A stretch of 33,389 nucleotides of DNA from contig CAZFEY010000004.1 of assembly GCA_964518135.1 (NCBI GenBank), positions 1 through 33,389 on the forward strand. Reading direction: 5' to 3'. The notes under the pieces are model-generated. The model searched no databases and was not told the origin of the DNA. It saw only the letters and a program-made list of their open reading frames with translations. The DNA comes from an uncultured Candidatus Saccharibacteria bacterium. Lineage in GTDB: Bacteria > Patescibacteriota > Minisyncoccia > Minisyncoccales > 2-12-FULL-40-12. Shown here one piece after another: positions 25,156-33,389 of the stretch; within the stretch, counting starts at the first letter, position 1; each line of letters begins with the position of its first letter. The translations under genes were made by a program, and so were the position numbers.

Positions 25156-26026
25156 ATTGTTTACCATCACTTATAATTTTTACACTTCCCGACTCATCTG
25201 TTCTCACAATATCTATACCAAATCTTTTCAATCTTTCCAAGGCGTCATTTGAAGGATGTCCGTAAGAATTTTTGCCAACTTGAATTATGGCTATTTCTGG
25301 CGTTACCGACTCAACAAAGGACTCACTAGTTGAAAACCTTGATCCGTGATGAGCGACCTTCAGAATGTCTGAATCTAAATCTATTTTTGATGATATTAAT
25401 TTTTGCTCCGTAGTATTTCCAATGTCGCCAGCAAATAAAAAAGTGTGGTCTTTAAAATTTAATTTAGCAACCACAGATGTTTCATTGCTATCTTCTAATT
25501 CCAATCCTTCTAACTCTTCGCTGGGATACAAAATATCGATTCGGACATAATTGAGATTGTTTTTCTTGGCAGAATTAATAACTTGGCCAGCTTGAGCTAT
25601 AAAAATATGCGCTCCTTCTTTTTCAAGCACACTCATCCAGGCTCTGTATTCTGGAGTATCTCTTACCACCCCATTCCATAAGATGTTCTTAGCGTCATAT
25701 CTTTTAAGAACATCTATTAATCCCGCCATATGATCTCTGTCGGGATGAGTCAAAATTATAAGGTCAATGTTTCTATCCCAAAAAGGTAATTGCTTAGCTA
25801 TCCCACTGGAGACCGTGGAATCAGGACCTCCGTCAATTAAGATTTTATGACCAGCTGGGGTTTTAAGAAGCGTAGCATCCCCTTGTCCTACATCGAAAAA
25901 ATCAACCTCTAGCAACGGCTGTTGATTAAGATTAAAAGCTACGCCATATGAAACAATATTTATAATTATTAAAAATCCCAATAAGGCGGGCTCTAGACTA
26001 TTTCTTGCCGAATGCATGTCTTTCAA
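25136..26026 (-). CDS. ComEC/Rec2-type MBL-fold hydrolase (stand-alone domain)
   Basis: FFDVGQGD, LIDGG, THPDRDH, LKVAHHGS and NSYGHP motifs; one N-terminal TM. Confidence 0.9.
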   Translation of the reverse strand: MKDMHSARNSLEPALLGFLIIINIVSYGVAFNLNQQPLLEVDFFDVGQGDATLLKTPAGHKILIDGGPDSTVSSGIAKQLPFWDRNIDLIILTHPDRDHMAGLIDVLKRYDAKNILWNGVVRDTPEYRAWMSVLEKEGAHIFIAQAGQVINSAKKNNLNYVRIDILYPSEELEGLELEDSNETSVVAKLNFKDHTFLFAGDIGNTTEQKLISSKIDLDSDILKVAHHGSRFSTSESFVESVTPEIAIIQVGKNSYGHPSNDALERLKRFGIDIVRTDESGSVKIISDGKQYAVSYF

Positions 26027-26064
26027 AACAGCTCAAAGTCAAAACTTTTAACTTTGAGCTGTTT
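26026..26064 (-). terminator. Hairpin terminator after the small Zn-ribbon gene
   Basis: AAACAGCTCAAAGT / ACTTTGAGCTGTTT 14-bp inverted repeat. Confidence 0.65.
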
Positions 26065-26090
26065 CGATTATTGTCCTTTATGATGGGTAC

Positions 26091-26246
26091 TTACTTGTTA
26101 CCCATGATCCTGAACATTTTTGTACCGCACTTTGGACAAGTTCCGGTCATTGCCCTTCTGGCTTTCCCTCCTTTCCCCTTCATTGCTACCTCTTTTGGAT
26201 CCGACATTTCTCTTTTGGCTTTACATTTTACACAATAAGCTTCCAT
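26091..26246 (-). CDS. Small basic zinc-ribbon protein (DUF5679-like)
   Basis: Below the ORF-track cutoff. Manual translation: MEAYCVKCKAKREMSDPKEVAMKGKGGKARRAMTGTCPKCGTKMFRIMGNK (51 aa, two CxxC). Confidence 0.88.
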   Translation of the reverse strand: MEAYCVKCKAKREMSDPKEVAMKGKGGKARRAMTGTCPKCGTKMFRIMGNK

Positions 26247-26373
26247 AGAATAGTATTGAAATGAATATTGAGCATAAAAATCACGACCTTTGCTTTTAAG
26301 TTAATCTCTTAGTCGTTTCCCCTTAATTTCTAGGCCGCATACGGGCCAAAGCCAAACGACCAAACATTATCTT

Positions 26374-26402
26374 AATTTAAGCTAAATAAAGACAAGAGTC
26401 AA
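26374..26402 (-). promoter_or_regulatory. Probable promoter for the Zn-ribbon gene
   Basis: TTGACT (26402-26397), 17 nt, TAAATT (26379-26374). Confidence 0.5.
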
Positions 26403-26479
26403 GCGAATTCAAGCTGATTCAGAACTCTTTTAGCGATCCCGCCAAAATGGGCTGCGTAATTACTATAAGGTCAACTTTA

Positions 26480-27031
26480 TTATTTCAACATCTCGACTAT
26501 TCTCTTCCCAAATTCTTCGGCGGCTGAAGGCCCCGAAGCGGTAACAATAAAGCCATCAACTACTACATCCTCATTTAAATAGGTAGCTCCCTTGTCGCGC
26601 AGTATTTTAACCGGATTTTTATCAATGCTAGAGGTCCAAACTGTAACTTTTTTGCCATCAAGCACACCTGCTTTCGCCAAAACAATCGGCGAAATACAAA
26701 TTGAAGCTAATAATTTTTTAGAATCAATAACATCTCGTACTATTTTATAAGAAATTTCATTATCGAGATACTTTAAGCAACCCGATCCTCCAACAAACAC
26801 AATCGCATCAAACTTATTTACATCTAAATTTTCCGACACCTCGTTAATTTCAGCCTCAAATCCATAAGCACCAATGGCTATGCCGGGTTTTGAACTTATT
26901 GTATCCACCTTAATACCATTTTCTTCCAAAATACTCTTTGGTATTAAGTATTCTACGTCTTGGAAATCACGAAAAGCAATAATAATTGCAGCTTTTTTGC
27001 TTTTTAAATCATTCTTCTGTTTCTTAATCAT
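26480..27031 (-). CDS. DJ-1/PfpI family protein
   Basis: FQDVEY, FDAIVFVGGSG, ASICISP and IVTASGP motifs. Confidence 0.92.
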   Translation of the reverse strand: MIKKQKNDLKSKKAAIIIAFRDFQDVEYLIPKSILEENGIKVDTISSKPGIAIGAYGFEAEINEVSENLDVNKFDAIVFVGGSGCLKYLDNEISYKIVRDVIDSKKLLASICISPIVLAKAGVLDGKKVTVWTSSIDKNPVKILRDKGATYLNEDVVVDGFIVTASGPSAAEEFGKRIVEMLK

Positions 27032-28137
27032 CTTAAGTACTTATTAATCGCCTCATTGTGTTCTTGTAAGGTTCTACTAAATACAGTCTCCCCTTCCGGG
27101 GTTGAAATATAATACCAAAAATCGCTTTGTCTTGGATATATAGCGGCTTTTATACTATCTAATCCCGGATTAGAAATTGGCCCCAAGGGCAATCCCCTAT
27201 ATTTGTAGGTATTGTATGAAGAATCAATCTGTCTCTCCTCTGCCGTTGGACCAGAATCCTTTCTGCCAGTAATATAGTTAACCGTAGCATCTACCTGTAG
27301 AGGCATTTTATTTGCCAATCTTTTCCATAAAATACCAGAGACAATCTTTTTGTCTTCGTAAGATTGGACCTCTTTTTCAAGCATTGAAGCCATAGTTATT
27401 AATACAAAAACAGATTTATCCTGGGCATCTATTTTATCTTTTAACCCTGTAAAGACTTTTTGATTAAAATTGTCGAGTATTTTGGGGATAATCGAATTTA
27501 ATGATTCTCCCTTATTGATCTCGTATGTGTCAGGAAAAAGATAACCTTCCAAATTATAGTAATCCGGTTTATCTTCTAAGAATACGTATTTTGAATCGAA
27601 AATATTATCTATTGAGTATGACAACTCGAGAGATCGCCTATGATCAACCGCAGGAAAACCGGTCAGCCTAAACAATTCTTTTGTCTGAGATATTCCTTTA
27701 TTTTCAAAATAGAACCCAATATCTCTCAAATCCCACCCTTCGATTATGGTAATTTTTTCTTTTACCACATCTCCTCTGACTAATTTATCTATCATTTCCT
27801 GGACAGACATTGATTGGGAAAATTCATAAGTTCCAGCTTTCAATTTTCCGAAAACCCATCCTTCCAAAACTAATAATTTAAATACAAAGGACGAACGGAT
27901 CAAATGCTGCTCCTCTAGTCTGTCTGAAATTTCTTTCATTCCATCTCCTTGTTTAACAATAAATTCTTTCGATTCATTTAATCGCGTATCAATCGGTGAA
28001 GAAAGATGCACCAAATAAGTCATAATCGAAATCACAATTATCATGAATACTAAAACGACCAATTGTCCTTTTATGCTTTTAAAAAAATCAGGCGGTAATT
28101 TAGGCTTTAAAAACTTAAACATCAAAACATTATTCAT
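27028..28137 (-). CDS. mltG: Endolytic transglycosylase MltG
   Basis: TIIEGW, LEGYLFPDTY, ASMLEKE, LQVDAT and YNTY..GLPLGPISNPG motifs. Confidence 0.95.
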   Translation of the reverse strand: MNNVLMFKFLKPKLPPDFFKSIKGQLVVLVFMIIVISIMTYLVHLSSPIDTRLNESKEFIVKQGDGMKEISDRLEEQHLIRSSFVFKLLVLEGWVFGKLKAGTYEFSQSMSVQEMIDKLVRGDVVKEKITIIEGWDLRDIGFYFENKGISQTKELFRLTGFPAVDHRRSLELSYSIDNIFDSKYVFLEDKPDYYNLEGYLFPDTYEINKGESLNSIIPKILDNFNQKVFTGLKDKIDAQDKSVFVLITMASMLEKEVQSYEDKKIVSGILWKRLANKMPLQVDATVNYITGRKDSGPTAEERQIDSSYNTYKYRGLPLGPISNPGLDSIKAAIYPRQSDFWYYISTPEGETVFSRTLQEHNEAINKYLR

Positions 28138-28146
28138 ATAAATAAT

Positions 28147-28788
28147 TTACTTGGATATCAATGGAACAAAAGTGAAGCCATGATATTCTTTTTCTTTGAA
28201 TTTGTCCTGGGCCATCTTTTCAAAAAGCCAAATGGAATCATTGATAGGAGTAACTATTCTACCACCAACTTTTAATTGTTGTTTCCAGGCAATCGGAACA
28301 CTATCAATGCTTTTACCATCTTCTTCTTGTATAGAAGCTGATGCCAAGATTCTATCGAAACCAGTTTTTAATTCCGGGTAACCGTCGGTAGCGTCTCGGC
28401 AATAACATTCAGCAATCCCCTTTTCTATAAAACCGTATTTGGTAATATTTTTTCTCCCGAATTCAGCCAGCTTTGGGACAATTTCGATAGAAATAACCTT
28501 TCCTTTGCTACCAACTATTTCAGACAACAGAGCTGTGGTCCAACCAGAACCAAAACCAATATCCATAATACTCTCTCCTTCTCTTGGTTGAAGAAGTTCC
28601 AACATAAAAGCCACCACTAACGGTTGAGATATTGTCTGCCCATACCCAATCGACAAAGCCTCATCTATCTCTGCCAAATTTTTACTGTCCTCCAATAGAA
28701 AATCCTTTCTTTCGATCTTTCTGAAGGCATCTATAATTGTCGAAGTCTTCAACCAATTGCTTTGTACCAACGAATCAATAAGTTCCAT
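28147..28788 (-). CDS. pcm: Protein-L-isoaspartate O-methyltransferase
   Basis: IGYGQTISQP, DIGFGSGWTTALL, QLKVGGRIV and FVPL motifs. Confidence 0.93.
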   Translation of the reverse strand: MELIDSLVQSNWLKTSTIIDAFRKIERKDFLLEDSKNLAEIDEALSIGYGQTISQPLVVAFMLELLQPREGESIMDIGFGSGWTTALLSEIVGSKGKVISIEIVPKLAEFGRKNITKYGFIEKGIAECYCRDATDGYPELKTGFDRILASASIQEEDGKSIDSVPIAWKQQLKVGGRIVTPINDSIWLFEKMAQDKFKEKEYHGFTFVPLISK

Positions 28789-29269
28789 TTTGTTTTGGTT
28801 TAGTTTGTTTTTTAATTTTTAATCTGCGCCAAAAACTGATTCTATCGATTATTAAAGCACCATTTAAATGATCTATTTCGTGCTGAAAAATTCTAGCAAC
28901 AAGACCCTTGACTTTGATATTAATTTTTTGTCCTTCCGAATTCAATGCTGAAACTTGAATCCCTGACGCTCTCTTTATATCTAAAAACATCTCGGGAATA
29001 CTTAAACATCCTTCTGTGTCTGTAGTTTTTCCAGCGCTCATCTTGGTTATCTTGGGATTGATAAATATTTCTGGCCCATTTTCCATATGAACAATAATTA
29101 TCCTTTTTAAAATTCCTACTTGATTTGCCGCCAAACCAACCCCTGAATTAGCTTTCATCGTCTCAATCATATCAATTCCAAGCTTCTTGATTTCTGCATC
29201 AATTTTTTTTATTCCTTTGGCTCTCTTTTTCAAAATCCTATCTGGATATTTTTTAATTTCTAGTATCAT
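28775..29269 (-). CDS. def: Peptide deformylase
   Basis: GVGLAANQVG, EGCLS and QHEIDHLNG motifs. Confidence 0.97.
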   Translation of the reverse strand: MILEIKKYPDRILKKRAKGIKKIDAEIKKLGIDMIETMKANSGVGLAANQVGILKRIIIVHMENGPEIFINPKITKMSAGKTTDTEGCLSIPEMFLDIKRASGIQVSALNSEGQKINIKVKGLVARIFQHEIDHLNGALIIDRISFWRRLKIKKQTKPKQNGTY

Positions 29270-29270
29270 A

Positions 29271-30503
29271 TTATTCGTATCTCAATGCTTCTACTGGTTT
29301 CAATTTTGCAGCGCTTCTGGCCGGAAAAAACCCCGACAGACAACCAACGCCCAAAGAGAACAACAGTCCGAACAGAACTATGCCCGGCGTGATAGACGCT
29401 TCTATATAAAATATTGGGTGAACTTGGCCATAAAGCTGAATTAGCTTTGACAATCCTAGTCCAGGGATCATCCCGCCTATTCCACCAACAAGACCAATGA
29501 TACCCGACTCTATAAGAAAAATTGCCGTAATGGCCGAGCTTCTAGCTCCAATTGCCTTTAAAATACCTATCTCTTTAGTCCTTTCCCTCACCGACATATA
29601 CATGGTATTCATAATACCAATACCTCCTACCAAAACAGCAATACTTCCGAATGCAAAAATTACAATCTGTATAACACCCATTATACCGCCCACGATATTG
29701 CCCATCGCCTCGCTAGTGAGTACTGAATACGTACTTCCTTCGTCTTGCCCAATCCTTCTTTTGGCGTTTTCCTCAAGATTACTTTTTATGTCCTTGGCCA
29801 CTTGATTAACAGAATAACCAGATGAAATTTTTGCAACTGCCTGAGGAGCCCCTTTCCTTTCGCCCGTGATATCCCTGTAAAAACTAAGGTCCACTCCAAG
29901 CATTGAATCGTCTTGCTTGCTCCCAAGCGACTGCAAGATACCTGTCACCTCAAACTTCTTGCCTTTTATATTTAGTGTATCTCCTATTTTTATATTTGGA
30001 AAAATATCTTTTGGAACTAAATTCCCTATCACGACCTCTCTTTTCCCTGGCAAAGGCCACCTACCTTTTTCTATTTTCATACCCATATCGTTCTGATATA
30101 TATCTAGATAATTTCTTATGTCTATACCATATAAAATTGCTGTTTTGGTTTTATTCTCTGATTTTACCAACACCGCCTTGAATACGTTCGGAATAACAGC
30201 TTCTACTCCTTTTGTTTTCTTTATGGTGCTCAAATCTTCTTCTGTCAGCTCCATTCCGCCAAAAATATTAGTCATCATATCTGAAATACTACCTGGCATA
30301 ATCATCACTATATCTGTGCCAACGGCTTTTAATTGTTTTAAAACCGTATCTTTTAATCCCTGACTCAATGAAAACAGCGACATTATCAAAAACACTCCTA
30401 TAACAATTCCCAAAATAGTAAGCCAACTCCTGAGTTGCCGTGTTCTCAAGTTCTTAACGGCTATTTTTAAATATTCTTTAAATATTTCTATTCGCTTTTC
30501 CAT
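29271..30503 (-). CDS. ABC transporter permease (MacB/FtsX family)
   Basis: RSWLTILGIVIGV, GGIGIMNTMYMSVRERTKEIGILKAIGA and PARSAAKLKPVEALRYE motifs. Confidence 0.93.
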   Translation of the reverse strand: MEKRIEIFKEYLKIAVKNLRTRQLRSWLTILGIVIGVFLIMSLFSLSQGLKDTVLKQLKAVGTDIVMIMPGSISDMMTNIFGGMELTEEDLSTIKKTKGVEAVIPNVFKAVLVKSENKTKTAILYGIDIRNYLDIYQNDMGMKIEKGRWPLPGKREVVIGNLVPKDIFPNIKIGDTLNIKGKKFEVTGILQSLGSKQDDSMLGVDLSFYRDITGERKGAPQAVAKISSGYSVNQVAKDIKSNLEENAKRRIGQDEGSTYSVLTSEAMGNIVGGIMGVIQIVIFAFGSIAVLVGGIGIMNTMYMSVRERTKEIGILKAIGARSSAITAIFLIESGIIGLVGGIGGMIPGLGLSKLIQLYGQVHPIFYIEASITPGIVLFGLLFSLGVGCLSGFFPARSAAKLKPVEALRYE

Positions 30504-31219
30504 AAAACACCATTTTCGGCAAGATGACTGGAAATTAATTGCCCATCTTTAATACGAACTAATTGATCGCTATACTGTGCGATTTGTGGATCGTGCGTAA
30601 CCACTATAATGGTTTTTTTCTTTTTTTTGTGCAAATCAATAAGAATCGTCATTATTTTTTTCCCCGTTGCAGAATCCAGGTTTCCGGTTGGCTCATCGGC
30701 CACGACTATTTCAGGATCATTAGATAATGCCCTTGCTATCGCAACTCTCTGTTGCTCACCGCCAGATAATTCCATTGGGGCATGGTTTACTCTATCTCCT
30801 AGCCCCAAATCATCTAAGAGAGACTTCGCTCTTTCAATCCTCTCCCGTTCTGGTTTTCCTTGAAATATCATTGGTACCATTACATTTTCTAAAGCGGTGA
30901 GGTTGGGAATCAAATTAAATTGTTGAAATATAAATCCTATCTTACTACCTCTGGCTACGGCTAATCGATCTTCAGACATTTCGGAAATATCTTGACCATC
31001 TAATAATACCTTGCCCTTTGTTGGTAAATCTAAACAACCCACCATATTAAGCATAGTTGATTTACCAGAACCAGAAGGCCCTAAAATTACAACAAAGCTG
31101 CCGGGCTGTATTTCCAAGCTTATCCCTTTTAAAACCGATATATCTATTTTGCCCAAATGATAAATCTTCCAAACATCATCCAGTTTGATAGCTGCCGGAG
31201 TTTTTGTTGTGTCTAGCAT
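30488..31219 (-). CDS. ABC transporter ATP-binding protein (MacB/LolD-like)
   Basis: GPSGSGKS, LSGGEQQRVAIARAL, ADEPTGNLD and VTHD motifs. Confidence 0.95.
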   Translation of the reverse strand: MLDTTKTPAAIKLDDVWKIYHLGKIDISVLKGISLEIQPGSFVVILGPSGSGKSTMLNMVGCLDLPTKGKVLLDGQDISEMSEDRLAVARGSKIGFIFQQFNLIPNLTALENVMVPMIFQGKPERERIERAKSLLDDLGLGDRVNHAPMELSGGEQQRVAIARALSNDPEIVVADEPTGNLDSATGKKIMTILIDLHKKKKKTIIVVTHDPQIAQYSDQLVRIKDGQLISSHLAENGVLWKSE

Positions 31220-31229
31220 AGAAATTTAC

Positions 31230-32762
31230 TTACTGCTCTATAACTACTTTTTCGCCTACTTGAAGCCCGGAAATAATTTCTACCATGCCGTCTGTACCTT
31301 CTAAACCAAGAATCACTTCTCTTTCTTGAATCCTGCCATTTTTAGAAACATTAACCGTAGATTTACCGTTATGTCTTGTTATCGCGTCCTCGGGAATAAT
31401 TATTACATCTTGCTTCGTTCCTGTTTTAATATTAACATCGGCCGTCATACCAGGTTTCAAACTTTCTGGAATTTCTTCTTCAAAAGCAATGTTTACTTCA
31501 TAATAAATAACTCCTTCTATTGCCTTTTCGGCAGGATCGATACTTACAACTTTACCCTTGAATATTTTTTCAGGGAAAGGAATCAAATAAATATCAACAT
31601 TATTACCAACACTCACCAATACCACGTCTTCTTCATAAATATCAGCATCGACTTCGAATGGAATTAACGGCAAAACAGAGACAACAGGATCCAGGCTTCC
31701 TGCTTGTGCTGTTTCGCCGGCTTTCTTGTTTACTCTTACCACCTTACCGTCAACAGGGCTTTTCAGCGTAACGTCCCTGATTTGCTCCATTAAAAGTTGT
31801 ACTTTTGCCCTAGCTTCTTTTACTTGCGCTTCATAAAGACCGTTTTGGCTTACATCTAACTGATTCTCTAGGTTAAATACCGTAGATCTTGCGCTATTGA
31901 TAGCGTCGTCTGCATTAGCTTTGGCCAAGGCAATATCTGCCTTAGCAGTAAGAAGATTAGAATAAGCTGTGTTTATGTTTAATTTATATGTATCAAGAGA
32001 GTTTTTATCTGTAGTAGAAACTATGTCCCTATATCCGCTTGTTTCAATAGTGATCCTTGCCTGCTCTAACTGATCCCTTATCGTAAGAACCTTACCTTCA
32101 AGCTCATTTAAAGCCAAATCAATATTTTCCTTGCTGGGATTAGCTTTAATTTTATCAACGTGAATTTTTATAACATCTAGCGCTTTGTCGATCTCGGTAC
32201 TATTGTCAAAAATTGCGCCGCTTTCTTGCGTGGGATGAGATGTAAAATAGGTACGCTTTAACAATTCTATAAAAGCAAATGCGTTATAGCCCTTGAGATA
32301 CGCATCATCAACCACTGCTATTGCATCTTTATACTCTTTATCAACTTTCTCATTGTTGGTAGTTATGGTATCTGCTAAATCTTGACGCGCAGCGCTTAAA
32401 GATAATTGCGCATCACCTCTTTGTGCTTCAATAACGTTTAGCGCAGCATTTGCTTGTTCTAGTTGGATCTGGAGTTGTCTAGCGTCAAGCCTAGCTAATT
32501 CCTGACCACTAACAACCTTGTCGCCTGCTTTTACCGCAACGCTTTCAATTCTACCAGTGGTTTTAAAATTAAGTCCAATTTCCTCTCCTTTTTGTACTTG
32601 GCCAGTTTCGGAAACCTCTTGTACAACATTTCCTTTTACAACATCAAATAAAACAAAACTCGACTTCTCTCTTTTTATAAAGATTTGGTATATCGCTATT
32701 ATCAGCACAATAACAATAATAACGATTACGATAATTCTCCTATTAAGAATAAGTTTCTTCAT
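31230..32762 (-). CDS. Efflux membrane-fusion (MacA/HlyD-like) adaptor with long coiled coil
   Basis: N-terminal TM, lipoyl half-motifs VKAGDKV..GQELARLD and KSPVDGKV, LKPGMTA, VEIISGLQVGEKV. Confidence 0.9.
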   Translation of the reverse strand: MKKLILNRRIIVIVIIVIVLIIAIYQIFIKREKSSFVLFDVVKGNVVQEVSETGQVQKGEEIGLNFKTTGRIESVAVKAGDKVVSGQELARLDARQLQIQLEQANAALNVIEAQRGDAQLSLSAARQDLADTITTNNEKVDKEYKDAIAVVDDAYLKGYNAFAFIELLKRTYFTSHPTQESGAIFDNSTEIDKALDVIKIHVDKIKANPSKENIDLALNELEGKVLTIRDQLEQARITIETSGYRDIVSTTDKNSLDTYKLNINTAYSNLLTAKADIALAKANADDAINSARSTVFNLENQLDVSQNGLYEAQVKEARAKVQLLMEQIRDVTLKSPVDGKVVRVNKKAGETAQAGSLDPVVSVLPLIPFEVDADIYEEDVVLVSVGNNVDIYLIPFPEKIFKGKVVSIDPAEKAIEGVIYYEVNIAFEEEIPESLKPGMTADVNIKTGTKQDVIIIPEDAITRHNGKSTVNVSKNGRIQEREVILGLEGTDGMVEIISGLQVGEKVVIEQ

Positions 32763-32805
32763 GATTTATTATTATAATTGTTTCAAAGGTAAATTTCAAT
32801 TAATG

Positions 32806-32831
32806 AAAAATCGCCCCGAAAGGGATTTTTT
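32806..32831 (-). terminator. Terminator of the tRNA-Thr/rpmG/tRNA-Trp unit
   Basis: AAAAATCGCCC-CGAA-AGGGATTTTTT hairpin with U-tracts on both strands. Confidence 0.6.
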
Positions 32832-32845
32832 GTCAGTTTTTAATG

Positions 32846-32899
32846 CAGGGGTGGAGGGAGTTATCCGATCAGGATCGGATGCCCACTCCAACGGTTTTG
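32846..32899 (-). pseudogene. 3' half of a degenerate tRNA-Trp with a palindrome replacing the T-loop
   Basis: Minus strand CAAAACCGTTGGAGTGGG-[CATCCGATCCTGATCGGATA]-ACTCCCTCCACCCCTG; compare intact copy CAAAACCGTTGATCAAGG-TTCG-AATCCTTGTGACCCTG. Confidence 0.7.
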
Positions 32900-32917
32900 C
32901 CTGCCCGCCGTATTTTG

Positions 32918-32988
32918 CAGGGTCACAAGGATTCGAACCTTGATCAACGGTTTTGGAGACCGCTATTCTGCCATTGAACTATGACCCT
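32918..32988 (-). tRNA. tRNA-Trp(CCA)
   Basis: AGGGTCATAGTTCAATGGCAGAATAGCGGTCTCCAAAACCGTTGATCAAGGTTCGAATCCTTGTGACCCTG forms a full cloverleaf. Confidence 0.95.
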
Positions 32989-33010
32989 ATATTCTCTCGG
33001 CAGCAGGCGG

Positions 33011-33045
33011 GGAGACCCGCTATTTTACCACTAAGCTAAGCCCCT
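33011..33045 (-). pseudogene. 5' half of a degenerate tRNA-Trp
   Basis: Minus strand AGGGGCTTAGCTTAGTGGTAAAATAGCGGGTCTCC aligns with the first ~34 nt of the intact tRNA-Trp and stops in the anticodon. Confidence 0.75.
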
Positions 33046-33060
33046 ATAGGCAGATTATAC

Positions 33061-33231
33061 CTACTTTTTGATCTCTTTGTGCGGTGTATGCTTTTTACAC
33101 CAACGGCAAAACTTTTTCATCTCTAATTTTTTCTCGCTTGCTACGGTTTTTCCTTTTGACTTGCGAGTAAAATAATTGATCCTTTTGCAATCAGCGCACT
33201 GGAGTTTAACGAATGGTTTTTTTGTTGCCAT
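33061..33231 (-). CDS. rpmG: 50S ribosomal protein L33 (Zn-binding type)
   Basis: Manual translation: MATKKPFVKLQCADCKRINYFTRKSKGKTVASEKKLEMKKFCRWCKKHTPHKEIKK. Confidence 0.95.
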   Translation of the reverse strand: MATKKPFVKLQCADCKRINYFTRKSKGKTVASEKKLEMKKFCRWCKKHTPHKEIKK

Positions 33232-33337
33232 GTAATTTGAATTATTTTATTTGGTTAATTATTGACTAATCCGATGTACTTATATATCCTTTTAAGATGC
33301 GCGAAACAAACTGTCTGGTTTTTTCTCCGCCTTGGTA

Positions 33338-33389
33338 AGCCGATGGGGAGAATTGAACTCCCGACTTCCATCTTACCAAGATGGCGTTC
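33338..33389 (-). tRNA. tRNA-Thr(GGT), 5' end outside the window
   Basis: Anticodon arm CCATC-TTGGTAA-GATGG, T-arm GGGAG-TTCAATT-CTCCC, acceptor 3' strand CATCGGC. Confidence 0.9.

Noticed and set aside
26005-26238. 77-aa plus-strand ORF
   Set aside because: Antisense shadow of the 51-aa Zn-ribbon gene.
29271-32762. MacAB-type genes as an acquired resistance island
   Set aside because: Composition and tight coupling to def-pcm-mltG look native; substrate cannot be inferred and no mobility genes are present.
32900-33010. Group I/II intron in tRNA-Trp
   Set aside because: The insert is only ~110 nt, mostly the inner tRNA, and has no ribozyme core motifs.

Overview
Low-GC chromosomal window whose gene content and organisation fit a Patescibacteria (CPR, Parcubacteria-like) genome; this assignment is inferred, not searched. 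Most of it is housekeeping on the minus strand: murJ, rnhA, a RecJ-like DHH nuclease, pgk, secF, secD, secA, a site-2 protease, an adenylate-kinase-like protein, a ComEC-type MBL protein, mltG, pcm, def, a MacAB-type ABC system and rpmG. rpmB and pepA lie on the plus strand. RNA genes are rnpB, tRNA-Pro(GGG), tRNA-Trp(CCA), a partial tRNA-Thr(GGT) and a probable compact 6S RNA. The most unusual signals are non-coding. Two families of ~80-125 bp inverted-repeat elements with 4-5 bp target duplications sit at -35 boxes, at a stop/start overlap (supplying rnhA's GTG start) and inside the 5' stem of the 6S-like RNA. An intact tRNA-Trp is nested in the anticodon loop of a degenerate second tRNA-Trp. 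Two 7-codon mini-ORFs copy the SecA N-terminus. A ~157-nt structured RNA precedes rpmB. Short palindromic or heptamer inserts appear in-frame in SecA, PepA and the kinase. There is also an uncharacterised three-gene module (sigma-4/winged-HTH protein, membrane protein, VirD4/HerA-like ATPase with a Zn ribbon). No CRISPR array, transposase or integrase was seen.
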